DNA of 64,000 nucleotides from Yuukianura sp. NJ FZ-2021 (Eukaryota): NCBI GenBank assembly GCA_046563655.1, contig CM102289.1, positions 2,294,001 to 2,358,000 of the forward strand, read 5' to 3'. Shown piece by piece: positions 58,177 to 64,000 of this stretch (position 1 is its first letter; each line of letters starts with the position of its first letter). The notes under the pieces were generated by a model. It saw only the letters and a program-made list of their open reading frames with translations, ran no database searches and was not told where the DNA came from. The position numbers and the translations under genes were made by a program.

Positions 58177-60370
58177 TTAGGTGGGATTGACGCCGACGCT
58201 ATGCACGTTGTAGTAAGTGATTGAGGTACTTACGATACCGTTTCCAATTTGGTTTGAATATACTTTCTTTTTTACATTTGCATTCAAATTGCGCCATCGG
58301 AAACAAACTATCTCTATGGCAACGTAACGGTACTCTCTACTAAATATTGTATGTATAAATGGATTTAGGGTACTATTGAATAAACCCATCCAAATCACAG
58401 TGTCGTATACAGTAGGGTTCAACAACACCATTCCTCCTGCAAATTCAAATATGTTAGCTCTACATATTTTGTTTTTATAAATTTTGAACTTTGAACATGT
58501 TTTTTTGTAAATTTTGAAAAAAAAATTACCGCTCAGTCTTGCAATTCCATCAATTAAAATATAAGTGTAGTATGGCATCCAGCAAAATACATAGCAAAGC
58601 AGCACGGTAGACGTTAAAATGCTTGCCTTCCTCTCACGCATGTCTTGCAAAAATTGAAATCTTATTTTAGAAATTTAAATCGAGTCATATAATTTTTTAA
58701 TTCAAAGGACTTTTCGTTTTTCCCGCCGAAAAGTTCTAATTTTGGTTAAATTTAGTTTATTAAATTTTGTTACCAATGAAACCGGGTTTGCCTGACGATG
58801 GCTGATAAGTTTCCGGGGATTTTTTGATCATATCTGTGTTCTGATGTGCAAGAATAGCCCAAATTTTGCGGTGAAAATAAACCATAACACCAAGTGGGAT
58901 GAAAAACATTACCAGGGATACTCCAACGTGAAACCTTGAATTAAACAGAAGAATTGTGATCAATATTTAATATGTTCTATATTATATTTAAAACACAAAG
59001 TTAAAGTTTGGAAATATGTTTTTGAATTATACCCTGGAGAAGGAGCTTTAAAGCACGCTGGGAGATCTACAATAGTAACTGTTCCAGGTACGATGATGTT
59101 CAGGTAGGTGAGTCCCCACAATACAATTGTTAACAGTAGTGAGGTCAACCAGACGGCAAATATTGCAAACGTTACCTAAATGTATGAAATCAATTAACAA
59201 AAATTTCATGAAATGGGCTAAATTGTTTCACAAAGGGAAAGGCACAAAGCCCATAAGAAAGTTTGCTTGGTGGTGTTTAGATGAAATTTTTACCAGTTGT
59301 TAGGGTCTATAGTAGCATCATTTTTGCAAATTTTCAGTCTCCTAGAAACAAGGGGTCACGGGTCACGGGGGGTCAAAGGTCACCTTATGACCCCATGATG
59401 ACCCCATGCAAATGGCATACCGTTGGAACGAGCTTGACCGTCTGATTTAGAAAATGTATATATGTCACTATCTACGACGTTAGGTAACAAAGTTATTTCG
59501 TATCACATGCCGCTGTCGGAATTTGGAGGTCGATTTCGACATGTGGTTTATAATTAAAGTCGTAATAACTTTGTTGCCTTACGTCGTAGATAGCGAGATA
59601 TATACATTTTCTGAATCAGGAGGTCAAGCCCGTTCTAACGATATGCCACTTGCATGGGGTCGTCATAGGCTCATAAGGTGACTTTTGACCCCCCGTGACC
59701 CGTGACCCCTTGTTTTTAGGGGGTTGAAAATTTGTACAAATGGTGCCACCACAGATCCTAACAACTAGTAAAAATTTCATCCAAATACAACCAAGCAAAC
59801 TTTCTTATGGACTTTGTGCCTTTCCCTTTTCCATTAAACTTGGCATTAACTACCTTTTTCAGCGAAATATTTATTCTGTAGTATAGTGGATGTGCGGTAA
59901 CAATGTAGCGGTCTATGCAAATCAAGATGAGGGAGAGAATGGAAGCCAACGTAGTAAATGCATGAACTAAAATAAATGACAATGCAGTTAGTAAACTGTA
60001 GATTTCAAAATTCTTGCAAAGTCTACGAATTATATGAATGCATGCTTCACGATATATATTTAAGTTTACCCAACGTAAATGCGTTGCAAATAGAGCTGCA
60101 TGGTTTTCCAGTCTCACTAATAAATGTTTTGATGGGCATGACCAAACTGCCGACAAGTAGATGCGTTGAGCTCAGCGACAAAACCAAGTAGGTTATGCGA
60201 TATCTGATTAATTTTGCTGCCAAAATAGAAACTATTTCTAACAAATTTCCGAAAACGGTAACAACTATCATGGTCACTTCAACAGTTAGTCTAATTGGAT
60301 CCACTGCGTTGATGGTAACCGGAACTTCATCTTCAGATGCTTCAAAAGATACAGAATTCCTGGAACTCAT
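58177..60370 (-). CDS. Class A GPCR (amine-receptor-like orphan), paralog of 42715-44592
   Basis: DPIRLTVEV, GNLL, ICIDRY, FFIPLG, CWMPY and NSTLNPFI; same exon layout as the paralog. Confidence 0.8.
59232..59829. mobile_element. ~600-bp palindromic element in a GPCR intron
   Basis: Arms of ~270 bp, AAAGGGAAAGGCACAAAG.../...CTTTGTGCCTTTCCCTTT; no clear TSD. Confidence 0.8.
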
Positions 60371-60720
60371 TTTGCCAAAAAAATCTTAATTTACGTGACA
60401 CCACAAAAATGACTGTTCTGCTGTAACGTCTTAGCATTAGTGCATAAATTCACAACTAAGACCAATTACTATCCTTGTACGAATTTTAGCACTTATGGTA
60501 GGGCGTTGTTAAAGATGTCTCATGATAAGGTGATCTGATAGCGCTAACATTCAAAAAAAGCACAAAAAAGCATCTGCTTCATATACGTACTTTGGATTCA
60601 AGAAAACAATTTGCAAACATGATTTTTGTAAATTGGAATTACAAATTCGGTTTATTTTAGAAAGTTCCAGCTTCAAAACCTTTTTTTTTGCATTAACCTT
60701 CACATAAATGTTAAAGCTTC

Positions 60721-61161
60721 TCATTTTAATTTTTGAGCAAAATGGTGACTTGATAAATTAAATCCATTGTTCAAGTATAGTCGATGAGCCTTGTTTCGAG
60801 TGTAACCGCTGTCCAGAGACAAAGTATCACAATTTTCACTTTTAGCAAGATCCTTAGCAAATTTCAACAGTTGACCTCCGTATCCATTGCGTTGGGAGGT
60901 AGAAAGCGTACAAAGGTCATCGATGTACATAGTTTTACCAGACCAAAGGAAGTTCTGTATTCTAAATCCGATGATTGCTTCTACATTGCCACTTGTACCT
61001 TTTATGTAGAATAGCCTGTAACCATGGTCCCGCTGCTGCTGCTCCACCTTGCCAACAAATTCAGCATGAACTAAATGTGGTCTAAGTTCAAACATTGTTG
61101 CCCAACAAAGCTCAATTTGTTGAGCTGTCGTCGCTTCTTGGACTACGGCTTCCACTGACAT
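60721..61161 (-). CDS. GNAT N-acetyltransferase, bacterial-like, 146 aa
   Basis: YIDDLCT, acetyl-CoA motif A QRNGYG, LDSGYTRNKAHRLY; intronless CDS with a putative 5'UTR intron at 61234-61176. Confidence 0.9.
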   Translation of the reverse strand: MSVEAVVQEATTAQQIELCWATMFELRPHLVHAEFVGKVEQQQRDHGYRLFYIKGTSGNVEAIIGFRIQNFLWSGKTMYIDDLCTLSTSQRNGYGGQLLKFAKDLAKSENCDTLSLDSGYTRNKAHRLYLNNGFNLSSHHFAQKLK

Positions 61162-61960
61162 AGCGATTCACAAATCTATAGAAAAAGTGAAATATAATTT
61201 TAAAAAAATCAATTATAAATGAAATAAAACTTACAATTTTTGAGGGCAGTTCAACTGGTTTGTTTCAAATCTTTTTTAAACTTGGACCAATCAAATGCCA
61301 GGAATTTAAATTAAAGCTACTGTAATATTATTTGACTCTTATAATATAATCTTCTACTACGTAAGTGAATCAGCAGACCGCTTATCTTGCGCCATTCAAG
61401 TGCTTAAGTGAAGCTACGAACTCTTTCACTCACATCTGAGAGCATATCGGATCATGTACGACTATATTTCAAATGACCATGAAAGTACTATATTCCGAAA
61501 GTGACTAAAGGAAAGACTAAAAGCAAAACCCAAGTGTCACTCTAGATTCTAGATCTAGGCTATATGTCATTTTCGTGCATTTTTTTTATCATGGATAGAG
61601 TTATATTCAAAACTAAAACTAACTTAAATTTAATAATTCCTAATCCATGGGGTCATTTGAATATTTTTTTGTCAAATTGTAGCTTCATAAAAACGTTAAT
61701 TTTAGGTTTAAACTTTACCCATTTTTTAGAATTCTCAGTTATGCTGTGTAGATTGTTTAACTTTATGCTTAATTTTGTTGAATAAATTCCAATTTTTTTA
61801 TTGGCCTTGTAATATTTATTACGACACAAAAAAGTTTCTGACCGCATCCGTTCTAATAAAGCAGGAAATAGGAAAATTCAGTTGAGGCAATGTCGAAAAA
61901 TTACATTTTTTTTGTTTTTGTTAAATCGAAGTTTATTCTCTTAACAGAAAAAGCTTTAAG

Positions 61961-64000
61961 ATGGAGCGCAACCGCGGAGCTTCCAGAAGACTTCGGGTTT
62001 CAGATGACCTTGACGGCAATGGCGGTGAGCGTTACTACTCTGCTCTGGGAGCAGATCACGCCTTTTCCGGCATTTTTGACCGCGGAGAAATCATGAACCG
62101 CAGAAGTCAACGGTCGGACCGAATTCGGTTTCAGGATCCGGAAGCCATAACAATGGAGGATCTTCCACGATCTGGCATTTTGTCACAATATCATCAAAGC
62201 ACTAATCAAGTCAGCCTTCACACTAACTCCAAAAGAAAAAAGATTTTTTTTTTTTGAAATTTTTTAAATGTGATTTTTTTTTATTTTGAGGATGAGGAGT
62301 CTCGCTTGTACAACGAAGATCGAGAATCGATGAACCCTGAGCGGCGTCAACCGGAAGTTCGGAGAAATATTTTTGACTCACTCGACGGATGGAACGAAAG
62401 TGAAATTGCGTCGACATTCAAAGGCCTTCAACCGCTTCAAGTTCAAGTTTTGGAGGCATGTTGGAAAGGCCAAATGGATCGTCTGCATGATGCTGTGGTC
62501 AAAACAAAAGAAATGAAGAAAGGTCAGAATTATGCGCCTTTCATCATAAACCATCAAGATTCACTCGGTAGAACTCCGCTTCACCTTGCATCGGCATTTG
62601 GACACTCACAAATTGTCCAGTTTTTAATCCAGGAAGGTAAAAATACGTTGAACTCTAAAAATTAACCCAACTGTTTCATTTAGTTTGAAAATTCAATCTT
62701 TTGAAACAAATTTTTAGGCGCCCTTTTGAATCTCTGGGATAAAACGAACAAGGTGACTCCGTTAGGTTGCGCCTGCGCATGCGGAAGTTTGCAAGTAGTT
62801 GAGATTTTGATAGCTCACCATGCAGATTTGAACGCTGGGATTGGTCGATGCATGACTCCTTTACACTGGACAATACAAAGTGGATCTGAGGCTTGTTTGA
62901 AAAAATTGCTTAGCGCGGGAGCAAATCAGAATGCTTATGCAATGGAAGTGGGCACACCACTCCATCTAGCTGCGGCTCAAAGGAATGAAAGATGCTTGAA
63001 ATTGTTGTTGGAAAATGGCGCCAATATTGAAACATGCAAAGTAGGATTTGTTAAAAAATGAAATTTTATATTTCTCTAGAGAATTTTTATAAATAATACT
63101 TGACCGTGTTAGGGCGGAGAGCTGTGGACGGCTCTTCATATTGCTGCAAATGAAGGTTCAGAGGAATGTGTGGAACTTCTTTTAAAAGCTGGCGCAAATA
63201 TTGATGCCAAAGATTCAAAACAGCAAACGGCTCTTCATATTTCAGCAAGCAATGGTGACAGTGACGTCACTGGGATGTTGCTGAGCCACAGAGCGAATCC
63301 AGGGGCAAAAGATTGTGATGGAAGAACAGCTCTTCACAAAGCCGTTTCAAAAGGTTAGGTGCTAATTATTGCAAAGTAACTTTAATTTTCGTTCATTTTC
63401 AGTTTCCTCGTGAAAACAAAATCTCCTGTTGTTTTGAATTGTGTATCATATTTTTAAAAAATTTGGCTCGTAGGTTACGAATCTGCGGAATGTCTCATAC
63501 TCCTTAGAGAATATTCGGCTGATATTGATGCTCAGGATAACTACGGTCACACGCCATTACATCTCGGTATTTGTATTAGATTTTTCTACAAAAAAATGTT
63601 TTTCGAAAATCCTAAATAGTGAATCAGAAATTGGTAATACACTTTACAGCTGCAATTAACGACTCATCGTTCTCGGCTTCTTATCTTCTACAAGAGGGCG
63701 CTGATGTCACGATTCGGTTTGTACTTACGATATTGTTAATAATAGTAATTGCTTTAGTTTATGTAGAGCATTTTTTTTTCAAATTTCGATATAAACTGTC
63801 TTAAATCTGATTTTTTTTGTTTACCACTTTTGTTACTGTAGAGCAAAAAATGGGCAGAGTGCTTTAGGACTGTTGGTGAAAAAAATGCCTCACGTGATCC
63901 GATATATCCGAGAGAGTTTGGACAATTCTGTGACTATAAATCACATCGACCCGACTGACCCAGAGTGCGAGTTAAAACTAGACTTTCGGTATACCGTTAT
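61961..64000 (+). CDS. TRPA channel (pyrexia/water witch-like), N-terminal ankyrin region; runs off the window
   Basis: Multiple ankyrin repeats over spliced exons (GRTPLHLA, NLWDKTNKVTPL, TALHIS, GHTPLHL), followed by the linker SLDNSVTINHIDPTDPECELKLDF typical of pyrexia-type TRPAs. The channel domain is not in the window. Confidence 0.65.

Noticed and set aside
1..64000. Prokaryotic defence island, rRNA or tRNA genes
   Set aside because: Spliceosomal introns occur throughout, there is no operon structure, and no rRNA or tRNA was recognised by eye.

Overview
AT-rich eukaryotic nuclear DNA with many short GT-AG introns. The gene content (divergent ionotropic receptors, GR-type 7TM chemoreceptors, a pyrexia-like TRPA, a Tret1-like transporter, TTAGG-type repeats) points to an arthropod, plausibly a springtail (Collembola); this is inference. 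Bases 1-42 kb are mostly a chemosensory cluster: 3 IR-like genes plus fragments, 7 GR-like genes (one with a nonsense codon), 4 tandem lipocalin-like genes and 2 copies of a 161-aa two-TM gene resembling a miniaturised CD36/SNMP. The same region also holds a WS/DGAT acyltransferase, a stonustoxin-like gene and a sugar transporter. From 42 to 64 kb there are two orphan class A GPCRs lacking Asp3.32, a calpain gene, a bacterial-like GNAT and a TRPA 5' end. The most striking feature is the ~9.6 kb calpain intron. It contains a DINE-1/Helentron-like element whose 3' terminus occurs twice. These two ends bracket a 3.8-kb uninterrupted lipase-NACHT-ankyrin (NLR-like) ORF and a captured, intron-containing UGGT fragment. 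A family of foldback elements with shared asymmetric termini and 9-bp TSDs also occurs, along with other hairpin MITEs. All family assignments come from motif recognition by eye; no database search was run.
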